From Alloascoidea hylecoeti (Eukaryota), in assembly GCA_001600815.1 (NCBI GenBank), contig BCKZ01000019.1, positions 1 through 64,000 of the forward strand: a stretch of DNA of 64,000 bases. The letters are read 5' to 3'. Every line of letters starts with the position of its first letter. Position 1 is the stretch's first letter. This document shows positions 35,647 through 47,539 of this stretch, one piece after another. The notes beneath the pieces are model-generated. The model was not told where the DNA came from and made no database searches. It was given only the letters and a program-made list of their open reading frames with translations. A program made the translations under genes and the position numbers.

Positions 35647-38600
35647 ATGCTTCGATTGTCAAGATATAATGGTTTGAAGAAAGCTACCCGGAGTTTATTA
35701 ACAATAAAATCTGGCTCTATGATCATCGCTCGGGATAATAACAACTTTCTATCTCAACGATATATTTCATCAAAACCAAAAATACAGAGTGCAAGTGCTG
35801 CAATTGCATTTAGAGATGATGCCGCAAATATGCCATCTTCGTTTCTCTCTATAGATCCGTCTGAGATTTTGACACCATCCAAAAGGAAGCCGTTGGATTC
35901 TCAAAAATATGTATATTCCAACTTACCTTTAAAAGGAAGAGATTTTCATCATCTCGAATCTATGTTAGATGCTTTTTTATCAGCTGGTGTTTATAAAAGG
36001 GCAGAAACAATCCTTAGTGGGTTATTAACATTATCCGACAAATCACAATTTTTATCATTCTTTAACAAGTATTTATACACCATGGCACAAGATGATAAAT
36101 GTTCTTTAAACGAAGTGGAACAAGCGTTTAATAAGTTATCTTATCAATTTTTAAATGTTTCTGCAAATGCCGGAACATGGAGTGTTCTAATATATGCGGC
36201 TTTTAGAAAAACTGATGAAGATGTAAATATAGTTCAACAATATCTCACATTGGCCCTTGCACGGGACATACTAATCGAAGATATATTAAAGAATTTCTCC
36301 CTATTAGGTGTTGATTGTATGGCTATGATTATCCAACAAAATGAAATTACCGAAGAACAAATTCCATCTGAAATGAGAGAACTTTTATCTCAATATATCA
36401 AATTATCGGAAGGCGATGCACTTAGATCACAAGTTACACAAGATACCATTGCAGAATTAAAAAAGGATGAACTACCTACATCTTTAGTTAAAGGTGATAT
36501 CAAACAATTAAGATCGGTAGAAACATTTGGTATGAAAGCAATAAGAACTACACTAAAAGGTCTTCAAGATCATATGACCCCTGAAAAAACCAAAGAATTT
36601 CTACAAAAGATTAATACAGATGAAGAGACTGGTAGTATATTATATGAAAGTGCTGATAAAAAGAATATTGATTTTTTTGAAATTTATAAAAGTTTACCCG
36701 AGGAAGATAAACCTCAATTTGAAGAAGAATTAGAAAACTTTAATTTTGATAGACAAAGAGTTATAGAACTAAGAGCTTTTGAGTCTGCAAGGGAAAGATG
36801 GAGAATGGATATGCAGGAAATGAAATCAAGAGGTGAAGTTGCTGGTTCTAAGAAGATTGGTGTTGATTTATGGATTTGGCTTACAAATATGGTACCATTA
36901 ATAGAAGAAGAAATCAAACGAGTTGATGAACACTTAATATCAGCAATAGAGAATGATCAAAAGATCCCAAAAAACTTTAACAATAGTGATCGTACAGTTT
37001 ATGGTCCATATATTAAATTAATCTCGCCTGAAAAAATGGCTTCCATTACCATTTTGGAATTGCTGAAATTAAATGCTACAGGTGGTATTGCTGATGGTAT
37101 GAAAACTGCCAGAGCTTGTTTAGAAGTGGGTAAGGCTATTCAAATGGAATACAGATCTGAAATGCTATCCAAAGCTGAAAATGCAATGATTAGAAATCAC
37201 CGAAATTCAAAGAGTCCAGCAGTATTTAGGAAATTGTTAGCAACAATCAAATATAAGAATCCTAAATTAAATAATTCAGATCGTGATATAGAGTGGCCAT
37301 TAGATATTTGTGCCAAGATTGGATCTGTTCTAATTGCGATTCTAATTTCAGTTTCAAAGGTTCGTATATCCGGTGTTGATCCTGACACTGGTCAAAAAGT
37401 TTACGGTGAAGTCCCAGCTTTCCATCACTGTTATCAATTTCAAAAAGGTGCTAGAATTGGTGTCTTAAAACTTCATAGTAGTCTAAGAGACAGATTAGCT
37501 TCTGAGCCCGATTCTTCAGCGGTTAGTCCTCAAAATTTGCCAATGCTAGTAAAACCGGTTCCATGGACCTCTTGGAATAAAGGTGGTTATATATACTCAA
37601 GATCAAAAATCATTCGAACAAAGAATTCGCGTGAACAAGCCGCATACGCCAAAGCCGCTTCTGAAAATGGTGTATTGGATGATATTTTCACTGGATTGAA
37701 CGTTTTGGGTGATACTTCATGGACAGTCAATAAAGAACTTTTAACGGTTATCACTAAGGTTTGGAATGAAGGAAGCGAATTCTTACAAATACCTGCTGAT
37801 GTTAAAAAACCAGTTTTACCACCCCGTCCACCTAAAGGAACTAACCCCGCTGAGTTGCAAAAATGGCAGAACAGTTGTATAGAATTGATCAACAATTATC
37901 AACGTCTTCGTTCTCAACGTTGTGATATCAACTACAAGCTAGAAATTGCTAGAGCATTCTTGGGTGAAAAGTGTTACTTTCCACATAATATGGATTTTAG
38001 AGGGAGAGCTTATCCTATTAGTCCTCATTTTAATCATTTAGGTAATGATTTAACAAGATCTCTACTAAAATTCTGGAAGGGAAGAGCATTAGGAGAACAT
38101 GGTCTTGATTGGCTGTATATTCATTTAGCTAATTTATTCGGTCTTGATAAAACATCATTTGATAATCGTAAGGCATTTGGAAGGGATCACATTGAAGATA
38201 TATTTGATTCTGCAGATCATCCCTTGGATGGTAAAAAATGGTGGATGACAGGAGATAAGCCTTGGCAAGCTCTGGCAACTTGTATTGAGATTGCAAGTGC
38301 CCTCCGTTCTCCTGATCCATCCAAATTTATCTCCCATCAGCCAGTTCATCAGGATGGTACATGTAATGGTTTACAGCATTATGCTGCACTTGGTGGTGAT
38401 GTCATAGGGGCAACTCAAGTAAATTTGGTTCCTTCTGAAACTCCTAATGATGTCTATTCTCATGTTGCCCAATATGTTCGAGAGCTTGTTGAAGAAGATT
38501 TCAAAAACGGTGACGAAAATACAAAGCGTATTGCTGGATTAATGCGTAATAATATCACAAGAAAATTGGTCAAGCAAACAGTTATGACAAATGTTTATGG

Positions 38601-39690
38601 TGTTACATATATAGGTGCAAAACAACAAATTTTCAAGCAAATGAAAGATAATTCTGCTCTTCCAAAAGATGATATGCCAGAATTAGTCCGATACATTACA
38701 GGTCATGTTTTTAAATCTATAAAGGCTTCTTTTGAAGCAGCTCATTTAATTCAGGATTGGATTGGAGACTGTGCAAAATTAATCACCAAATCAATAAGAT
38801 TAGATATGAACTTTGATGATCAAGGTACTAAAACTAAAGCTCCTAAATATGATTCAATGAACTCCGTAATTTGGACAACACCTCTTGGATTACCTATTGT
38901 TCAGCCATATAGAGAGGATTCAAGAAGACAAGTTAATACAAATCTTCAAACAGTTTACATTTTAGATCCATTTAAGAGTGCTCCAGTTGACAAAAGGAGA
39001 CAGGCGTCGGCAATTGCTCCTAATTTCATTCATTCTTTGGATGCAACACATATGATTATGTCTGCCATTGAATGTGGTAAGCTTGGTCTTCAATTTGCTT
39101 CAGTTCACGATTCTTATTGGACACATGCTGCTGATGTTGATACAATGAATAAAGTTTTACGAGAGTCGTTTATCAAACTTCATAAAGTTGATTTAATTCA
39201 GACATTAAAAAATGAATTTGATACTAGATATAATACTTCTTTAATTCAAATGAAGATTAAAGCAAACTCGAAAGTTGCAAAAGAAATTAAAGAATTCAAA
39301 CGACAAAAAACTGAAGAATTAGGAAGTTTTAAAATGTTGGATGAAATTTTATTAGAAAAGCAACGTCAAAAATTAATACGTTCGGAAAATCCAGAGGATA
39401 GAGCTAAAGGTAATGAAATGATCACAACTGTTAGTATCATAGAAAAGGCTCCAATTCCTGAAATAATCACCAAATCTGTTCCTAAAAAGAAATTTGCTCC
39501 AAAAAGTTCATCCCTTAAATCTCTAATTGACTTGGAAGAACAATTCGACCAAGAACATGAAAATGATGAAGTTGTTGACGACCAAGATCCAGTTATGATA
39601 GTTTTAGCTCCATTAGTGTTTCCTGAAATCCCACCTAAGGGACAGTATGATGTTCATTCGTTGACTGACAGTAAATACTTTTTCTCATGA
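35647..39690 (+). CDS. RPO41: Mitochondrial T7-like RNA polymerase
   Basis: Presequence; PHNMDFRGRAYP, HQDGTCNGLQHYAALG, RKLVKQTVMTNVYG, PNFIHSLDATHM, VHDSYWTHA, terminal YFFS. Confidence 0.97.
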   Translation: MLRLSRYNGLKKATRSLLTIKSGSMIIARDNNNFLSQRYISSKPKIQSASAAIAFRDDAANMPSSFLSIDPSEILTPSKRKPLDSQKYVYSNLPLKGRDFHHLESMLDAFLSAGVYKRAETILSGLLTLSDKSQFLSFFNKYLYTMAQDDKCSLNEVEQAFNKLSYQFLNVSANAGTWSVLIYAAFRKTDEDVNIVQQYLTLALARDILIEDILKNFSLLGVDCMAMIIQQNEITEEQIPSEMRELLSQYIKLSEGDALRSQVTQDTIAELKKDELPTSLVKGDIKQLRSVETFGMKAIRTTLKGLQDHMTPEKTKEFLQKINTDEETGSILYESADKKNIDFFEIYKSLPEEDKPQFEEELENFNFDRQRVIELRAFESARERWRMDMQEMKSRGEVAGSKKIGVDLWIWLTNMVPLIEEEIKRVDEHLISAIENDQKIPKNFNNSDRTVYGPYIKLISPEKMASITILELLKLNATGGIADGMKTARACLEVGKAIQMEYRSEMLSKAENAMIRNHRNSKSPAVFRKLLATIKYKNPKLNNSDRDIEWPLDICAKIGSVLIAILISVSKVRISGVDPDTGQKVYGEVPAFHHCYQFQKGARIGVLKLHSSLRDRLASEPDSSAVSPQNLPMLVKPVPWTSWNKGGYIYSRSKIIRTKNSREQAAYAKAASENGVLDDIFTGLNVLGDTSWTVNKELLTVITKVWNEGSEFLQIPADVKKPVLPPRPPKGTNPAELQKWQNSCIELINNYQRLRSQRCDINYKLEIARAFLGEKCYFPHNMDFRGRAYPISPHFNHLGNDLTRSLLKFWKGRALGEHGLDWLYIHLANLFGLDKTSFDNRKAFGRDHIEDIFDSADHPLDGKKWWMTGDKPWQALATCIEIASALRSPDPSKFISHQPVHQDGTCNGLQHYAALGGDVIGATQVNLVPSETPNDVYSHVAQYVRELVEEDFKNGDENTKRIAGLMRNNITRKLVKQTVMTNVYGVTYIGAKQQIFKQMKDNSALPKDDMPELVRYITGHVFKSIKASFEAAHLIQDWIGDCAKLITKSIRLDMNFDDQGTKTKAPKYDSMNSVIWTTPLGLPIVQPYREDSRRQVNTNLQTVYILDPFKSAPVDKRRQASAIAPNFIHSLDATHMIMSAIECGKLGLQFASVHDSYWTHAADVDTMNKVLRESFIKLHKVDLIQTLKNEFDTRYNTSLIQMKIKANSKVAKEIKEFKRQKTEELGSFKMLDEILLEKQRQKLIRSENPEDRAKGNEMITTVSIIEKAPIPEIITKSVPKKKFAPKSSSLKSLIDLEEQFDQEHENDEVVDDQDPVMIVLAPLVFPEIPPKGQYDVHSLTDSKYFFS

Positions 39691-40318
39691 TCCTTTCAAA
39701 TTGCATTTATTCCTTAATTGTTTTTTTTTTTTTTTTTCATAATATTTTATTTTACTTCATCTCATGGTTTTATCATGACGGATAACAAACGAGTGCGGGA
39801 TACATTAAAAGATATATATGTAACGGCCATTAATATTGTATATAGCGTCAATATATAAAACTCATCATTATCAGGATTGGAACGAAAAGCAAGCTTATAA
39901 GATACATATTTACATAGATTTAGTATAATATGAAGTCATATATCTGTTAGTAAATGCTAAATACGTATAATTATCTATAAATGGATTGAAATAGGATTCC
40001 ATAACAAGCACTCACATCTATCACAATACCTTTTTTAACCAGCGAATGTAATTTTTCATTTCATCTGGAACAAGTTCAATACTCAAAATCTAAAAATGGA
40101 AATATATCTACTGAATTGATTCATTTGATATTAAATAGTGGAGTTTTAATAAAAATGTCAATGATATGGTTTAAATGTTACTAAATTCATCACTCTTTCT
40201 ATCTATCAAACAATCAATTCAATTTATTTTAAATTTAATTATGTAAATATTAACCATACAAAGTAGTCATTAATCAAAAAAAAATGTATCATATTTTTGA
40301 TAATCACTATTATTATAT

Positions 40319-41338
40319 TTATTCATTAATGATTTTACCATTTTCTTCTAATATTTCAATAAGAGGTATTAAAGGTTCAAGTTCCTTACGTTCGATCATG
40401 TCAAATGTCTACAAAAATAAAAAAAAATAAAAAAAGTTGTTAGTTAACAAGATTTGAAAAATAAAATTCCGAAAATTCATCGTACCTTTACAAATGATAT
40501 AAAATGGGCAAATAATGAGTTCCAATATGCCTCCAAAGATAAGTGTAAGATCTTATCAAAATGATTATGATATATATGGGCGAAAATCCGGAACATTTGC
40601 CTGCAGATGTTCTTAAGATCCTTTAAGTAGTTTGGGGGGAATGGAACACCTAATTTAAAGTTAGTTAGTCAGTTCATATAGCTTCTTTTTAACGAAGTAA
40701 ATAACGAAGCATACCATTTTTAGTTGGGAAAAGAGTTTGGTCATTGAATTTATTATTGATCCATGTCAATACATAGTCAATATAAGCACCAGCTGGTAGG
40801 ACAACCGTCTTTTTATTTGAGTCCACCCATAAGTAGTCAACACCGGGACCTGCATTCATCGTAGGATAGGCCTCGGGTGTAACATATTCAGCAATAACAC
40901 CATAAAATTGATTGAGCTGGGTAAAAAACTCAAATACATTTAATGCGACCCATTCACCATATTCCACGTATTTCGGTAGTTGCACGATAGTTTTGAAATT
41001 ACCTTTCACTAGGGCGGTCAATACAAAAGGCTTGCATAAAAAAAGGGGTTTACCACCAGCTTTTGTAATAGCCTGGGCCTTTTTTAAAGACATGGAGGAT
41101 CCAGTTGTATTGGAGTATATTTGGCTCTGACTTCCAGCAGATAGATTAGACAAGCCCGAAGAAGGGGCGGCATCCTTGTGTTGAGTCTTATTTCGCTTGG
41201 AGCTACGGGAGGTTAAGCCTCTAAACCCAAATACAAAAGGTTAGAAATCAGTAAAACGCGTCTTATTGACGAGGTATTTGGCAGAAGACAGCATGGAGCT
41301 GTAAATAAAGCGTACCTTATGGTGTTGAAGAATGACAT
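40319..41338 (-). CDS. MOB2: Cbk1 kinase activator Mob2; exons 41338-41316, 41220-40715, 40649-40486, 40408-40319
   Basis: MSFFNTIRGL, PLFLCKPFV.TALVKGNFKTIVQLPKYV, QMFRIFAHIYHNHFDKILHLSLEA; all introns in frame. Confidence 0.95.
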
Positions 41339-41437
41339 TGCTGGGATCTGGGAGGTGAAAAGGAATAAGTTGAAGTTTGAAAGTTTGAAATTACAGGCAG
41401 CTGCCTTTTCTGATCTGCCGGGTAACAGACACACTAT

Positions 41438-43152
41438 CTAATATTCTATGCTACTATAAACAACGGTGGATCCAACCCTGTTATAGTACGACGCCACTAT
41501 CTCTCCGTGGCTGTGCCACCCAAGGCTCGTTATACTACTGCCCCTCAGGTACTCCGGAGTGGGAATGAGATCAGACTCAATGGTCCCTCGCCGGTCTCGA
41601 TCTCCGTGTGTTTGGTAGATGTATTGATCTCTATTAGTTGGTAGATGGAACGTAAATATACCATTTGATGAGGAGCACGCTATAAACGATTCTCCTTTTT
41701 GGATTGAGCATTTTTGATCAAAACTACTCACTTTTAACTTTTCATTCCAAAGTTGAGTTAAGGGTTTTTCTCTTTCGCTAGCAACTCCCGAATACCCATA
41801 CAAAATACCGTTTTTACTCAATGCCCATATGAATCCACTTCTAGTGTCATATTGAAGTGATGTTACACCATATGGTCTGGATGTTGTTGGTGTGTCAGTT
41901 GTTATGGCTGTGGACTTCATGGCGGCATTGCCAATTGGATATTTTATATCCCAAATTTTTAGTTCACTAATGTTGAAATATTTAGTTAGAACCAATTCCC
42001 ATAAGGAAGTAAATATATCTAAAACCATCCTTACCTATTAGCTGAAGAAGCGGTCACAAAAGAAGAAGAATTTATCCATTCAAATGAAGTTAAGCAATGA
42101 CTTTCTTTCTTCCTACCAATCCGATGAGCATATCGAATATTTATACTTGGTGTATCACAGCGGTAGCGTATATCAAAAATTCTAATTGTGCCATTTTGTG
42201 AAGTAAGAGAAATAATGTCTAAAATTGTTAATAAAGAATATTATTGATGAATAAGGAAGTACATACTTTGATTATCAGGACAAAACTTAGCTTGTTTTAT
42301 TGGAGAAGCTCCTTCATCTTCAGGTTTATCTATTCCGTTAAACATGGACTCTCCTTGTAAATCAATAATTCCAGCATTATAATCTCCAGATACCAGTAAA
42401 TTGTCTTTAGTGCAGTCGAGTTGTGAAATATAATCTCCAATGTAATTTTGTGGGATGTGACAACTCTTAAATTTAAGAGAAGTATTCTTAGCTATCGGTA
42501 ATGATTATTAGATTTGGATTATATTGAAACCAGATTTGTTACAACTTACTACTGTCTATATTCATCAAATCGACTCCAAGGTCCCCATTAGAAAATCCTC
42601 TAAAGAAGTATGGACCATCTTAATATGTTTATAAAAATTAGTATTTTGTTTTCGATTTAATCTTTGAATAATAATTGTACCTACTCGGATAACAGGCCAT
42701 AGAAGTTATTTTCGAGTCTGTATACATTGAATATTGATTAGTTATTGATTTCCAGTTATATTTCCGTTTCACTATATATTGGTAGGTTAATATGGAACAA
42801 TATAGAGCGTATAAATAATTGCATACATACTATCTAGAAGATTTATAGATTCTCTTGTATAAGCTCCACCCAACTGCCTAAGCAGGAGCAGCTTCCCAAT
42901 TGATATGTCTATCACTTCATCAGATTTTTTAATAATACACCCATTATTTTGTATCAATTGTTTCGCTTCTGGTTTTGTATCTGATTTAAATCCTTGTATT
43001 TGAACACCTTCATTTGGCTCAGTTTGCAAAGAGGATAATTTTGATTCGTTGAATCCCTGAGCTGTCTTTTTTCGTTTCCCAACTAAATCGCATATATCAT
43101 AATATAAGTTACTGTTGGATGTTCTTTTTAGATTTTTATTTGTAGATTTCAT
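41438..43152 (-). CDS. CDT2: Cdt2/DTL-like WD40 protein, 6 exons
   Basis: Five GT..AG introns give one frame: SPIKQAKFCPDNQNIISLTSQNGTIRIFDIR, YAH, LTSFEWIN..FVTASSANSELKIWDIK, RPYGVTSLQYD...IWALSKNGILYGY, SSFDQKCSI; perfect MCB just upstream. Confidence 0.7.
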
Positions 43153-43190
43153 TTTATATATTTTTAATAAAAAAAAACATTTTTATTTAG

Positions 43191-43223
43191 ACGCGTCGCA
43201 TCTAACATCGGTTATCCGGGTAA
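43191..43223. promoter_or_regulatory. MCB (ACGCGT) and Reb1-type site in the CDT2/ARG2 divergent promoter
   Basis: ACGCGT at 43191-43196; CCGGGTAA at 43216-43223. Confidence 0.6.
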
Positions 43224-43312
43224 ATCGCCAATGCCTTTTCCCCCCAAATGATTTGTACAGTGGAGACATAAAAGTTCAAAAATTTGCCTTATTCCTCCTA
43301 TAAACTTCAAAC

Positions 43313-45259
43313 ATGATCAATGGAGTGTCGAAATCTTTTCTTCTTGGTTCTTCATCACTAGGCTACTCAAGGATATGTTTGAATCGGGTATGCAACTAAT
43401 TGTATACTCTATATATTTAGATATAAACTAACTGACTCATAGTCTCAAGTAAGCAAATTATGGTATAGCACAAATCCAGAAGATATTGAGAAAAATGATA
43501 AGGATAATAGGCAAAGTACTGATAAAATTGTATGTTTAAATTAATATATTTATATTTTATAAAATTTATACTAATTTCTTATCTATTTCATCTATTTTAG
43601 GATTTAGTATTATCAATTCTTAACTCAAGTGCAACAACAAGAGAAACAAAACAATTTATATCTCGTTATGATCCAGATTCATCATCAAGTAATTTAAAAC
43701 CAAATTATAAATCAAATTTAATTAATAGAGAAAATTTTGTTAAAAATTTATTACGAGATTCACAATTTAGTTCAACCCCATCATTTCTTATAAGGCCTCC
43801 TGGAATTAGGGATGATAACTTTAACGGTTCCCAACAGAATCTTCAAAATACAAATCAAGAATACGCCATTAATGTTAGAAAAACGTTAAGGATTACTATT
43901 TTGAAAATTAGAAATATTCATGAATTTAAACCAAAAGATGTTAAAGGTGTTGTTAAGATGATTGTTAAATTACAACAATTGGGAGTTAGTCCTGTTGTTA
44001 TATTGGACGCTTCTGAACCGATACATAGTCTTCCTCCCAATATTTTAGAACATCAATTAGTACAATTTTGCCAACAATTAGATGTTGAGTATAAAGATGG
44101 ACAATTACACTCTAGACCTGTTCGTGGTTTATTAGAAATTTTTAAAGGAAATGATAATGAAAATAAAACTTTATCAATTCCAATACCTGATTTAATTTAT
44201 TCACCATTACATCAAGATTTAGTACCAGTTTTAGAACCCGTTGCATATGATTTAGAAACATCATCAAATAAACTTGTTTCAGGAAATGATATTACACTTC
44301 ATTTATGTGAAAAACTATCTATATCACCAGAAATCTCAACAATAGAAAAAATTATTTTTATTGATCCATTAGGTGGTATCCCAAGTGTTGAACGGTCATT
44401 TGGCTCTCATGTTTTTATAAATCTACAACAAGAATATGCAGATATTGTTTCTGAACTTCATATTGGTTTTATAAAACCAATTGAACAAGATATTCATTTA
44501 TCAAATCTAGAAACAATGAAACTTGCTTTAGCAAATTTACCTGATTTAACAAGTGGTATAATTACAAATCCTGAAAGTGCTGGAACATCATTAGACTCAT
44601 TAAATAATAAAAGCAAAAATCCAATTATTTATAACATTTTAACAAATAGACCTACTATTTCTTCTTCTTTACCGGTTGGATTAAAACGAACACCTACACT
44701 TTCAACATCGGTTATTAGGAGTGGAATGCCTGTTGAAATGCTTTATAGTGATTCTGGCCTTGATTTAATAAAACTTGCAAAAGAAAAGAAAATCGACCTT
44801 GAAAGACTTTGGAGTTTAATAGATGATTCGTTCGGAAAAACACTCGATAGAGAACATTATTTGAAACGAATCAACAAACACGTTGCTGGTCTTATTATAG
44901 TAGGTGATTATGAAGGATGTGCAATAATTACGTGGGAACAACCTTCATCAAACCCAAATGGTGGGAAAATAGCATATCTTGATAAATTGGCGGTTTTACA
45001 GAAATCTCAAGGTTCAAATGGTGTTGCTGATGTTGTTTTTAAAGCAATGACTATACATATGTTTCCTAAAGAATTGATTTGGAGATCTCGTGTTAAAAAT
45101 CCAGTTAATAAATGGTATTTCGATAGGGCAAAAGGAAGTTTCACACTTGAATCGAAAATATGGAAAATGTTTTGGTGTGGAAGAGAAACAAGAGAGGTTG
45201 AAAGGTTTAAGGACTATAAAGAAATATGCTCATCAATAATTCCTTCCTTTAAAAGCTGA
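43313..45259 (+). CDS. ARG2: Mitochondrial N-acetylglutamate synthase; exons 43313-43387, 43443-43529, 43601-45259
   Basis: DLVLSILNSSATTRETKQFISRY, EKIIFIDPLGGIPSVER..SHVFINLQQEY, AYLDKLAV, LIWRSR..NPVNKWYFDRA. Confidence 0.93.
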
Positions 45260-46100
45260 TATTTCATATGGTTTACTAAATTATTATAACTTACTCGTAA
45301 TTGAGGCGGTTTCTCACTTTCTTCAGTTAAATAGTTTCTAATTACAATGTTTAAACAAAATACATGTGTCGGTTTGCAATGTATCTAAGCTCTTTTTGCA
45401 ATTTTTATTAGACTTCCAACTAATCGCTCGTTATCATTCGGATATATTAGCCTGCCTTTGCTAATGTTTCCATTTTTAAGCACTTGAGTGATATGAGTTT
45501 TTCCCAAAAAATGATACATTAATCAATTGAAACTGTATCATTGCAATTTAACTGAACATTATGTCTCTTCATTCCACAACATCGCAGTTGATTTTATTAT
45601 CAATTCAAAATGTTGTGGAGAAAGATTAGAGGTCAGACTATTCAGGAATATATGTTTAGTGATTAAGATTGAAATAACTGATAGGTAAATAGATACAGTA
45701 TATGAGATTTGGCAATTACAATTGAGCACCATAATGAATATTATTAATTAATGAACCTAGAGTTTATATAAATTACATGTAATATTTAAGCATCTATTAA
45801 AAGGGCTAGATTTGAACCAGTTTTTAAAAGGTCATTTTGAAAAATGTTAATAAAGTTGTGATGATGATCAAAATGAAAGAATGGGCCGATAAACTTAAGA
45901 TTCGGAATGGGATTATGAATGCAATATTGATGCTGTTTGCTTTTTTTTTTTCATGGAGTCGTCAAATATGAATTGTAGGGGGCTGTAGATTATATACTGT
46001 ATGCTAATGAGTCCCAGGAATATAACAAAAGATTAAGTAAAAAAATAAAAAGAAAAAGATGAATATAACAATGAAAAGAAATTAAAAGTGAGGTTAAGTT

Positions 46101-47273
46101 TTATACCAACCATTCGTCAAGGTAAATGCAGTCTGCAACATTAACTGCTTGTTTACTTCCAGGACCTTCACAGAAATCAAAATTAACACATTTTGAGCAA
46201 GGGACTTCACTGAAACCATCCAAAGTTTCGATATCCCCTAGACTGGCGGCCTCACCACCACCACCTGCTTCAATCAAAGAGTGCCAAGTCGCCTTATAAG
46301 TATGACCCCCATTCCATCTTTCAAACTTATCATCAAAAACAAGAACTTCGCAAAGAGCTCTAATATCATTAGCCGAAAGATCAACTGTAGTGATTCTGCT
46401 ATTCATAATAAATTCCTGAATTTCAGAAACGGTTGCGTAGCCAGCATAGTTGGAAGGATATGTTTGTTGCAATGGAATGTTGATATTTCGAACTATTTTA
46501 CCTTGGTTGCGGTTATGATTACCACCAAAGGCATTTGGATATGATTTTTGAGCTACAAATCGCCAAACCACAGTTTGTAAACTTTCAATAAATTCAGTAT
46601 CGAGTTCACTATCGGTGAACCAAGGGCCACCTGATACCTCAATTGATGGTTGTAAATTAAACAACATGTAGATTTTCCTGGTTGGAAACTGATAAAAAAA
46701 ATATTAGTATATATTCATGTTTTCTTGATTCAAGTAAGTTACTTACCTTAACAGACTTAACAACTTTGATATACCGTTGATTTTCCAAATTTTTTAGGCA
46801 TCTTTGTACAATAGTTTGGTGCAAATTTGTTCTTGCTCTAATGGTTTTGCTCCAGATACCTTCTCTTCCAGATGACTCAATATGAGAATAAATCATACTT
46901 TCATCAGTGTTCATTCCCTTAACCCTAAAAGCAATTTCCAGTTAGAATCCAATTATCAACTGCCTAAAAGGATTAATAAAAACATACTTGTTGGCTTCTT
47001 CAGACGCAACGGCTTGGAAGTATAATTCACCACTCCGTGTAGAAAGTTTAATTAAATGCTATATAAAAGATTTGTTAATTTTTTGTACTTATATTGATCA
47101 TTATGATAGTTTTAACATACTTGATTAATCAATTCTTGAGCTAGAATCATGAGGTCAGCAATATTTTTCATTTCTGCAAGTTCTAACAGTTCGGTCTGCC
47201 CATAAATTTCACCTGAAGATTTTCTGGCTAACATCTGACGATGAAGAGACATGGCTTGATCCGAAATAGACAT
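46101..47273 (-). CDS. RPC34: RNA polymerase III subunit C34; exons 47273-47121, 47058-46988, 46924-46747, 46688-46101
   Basis: IYSHIESSGREGIWSKTI, KSVK|FPTRKIYML..LQPS.EVSGGPWFTD.ELD.EFI, C-terminal Cys cluster. Confidence 0.95.
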
Positions 47274-47399
47274 GATTAATAAAGGAGATTGATTGGCAAT
47301 ATATCAGTAGGGTATAGAGTAGAATAAAGTGTGTAGAAGTGTTTGGGAAGGAATTATTCAAAATGAACTTGAGTGAAAGGAAAGAAGAAAAAAATTGAA

Positions 47400-47409
47400 T
47401 GAAAAATTT
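47400..47409. promoter_or_regulatory. RRPE element upstream of RPC34
   Basis: TGAAAAATTT in the RPC34/NTR2-like divergent promoter; a similar motif lies upstream of RPO41 (~35500). Confidence 0.45.
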
Positions 47410-47539
47410 CTCTGCATTTTTATATTGTTTGTAACCTTATATGTTTTTGGTGGGAGACAAAAGATCTGTGGTATGCTTTAGTTAGGTCTGTTAATTACTC
47501 CTCGCAGTATATTTCAGACCAACATACATTAGACTAAAG

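Noticed and set aside
35647..39690. Phage T7-like polymerase as a viral or plasmid insertion
   Set aside because: It is the ordinary nuclear-encoded mitochondrial RNA polymerase with a presequence, among housekeeping genes.
42787..43152. 121-aa ORF as a separate gene
   Set aside because: It splices in frame into the downstream WD40 exons (exon 1 of the Cdt2-like gene).
45855..45940. Possible C/D snoRNA (ATGATGA box)
   Set aside because: No convincing D box, terminal stem or recognisable rRNA guide.
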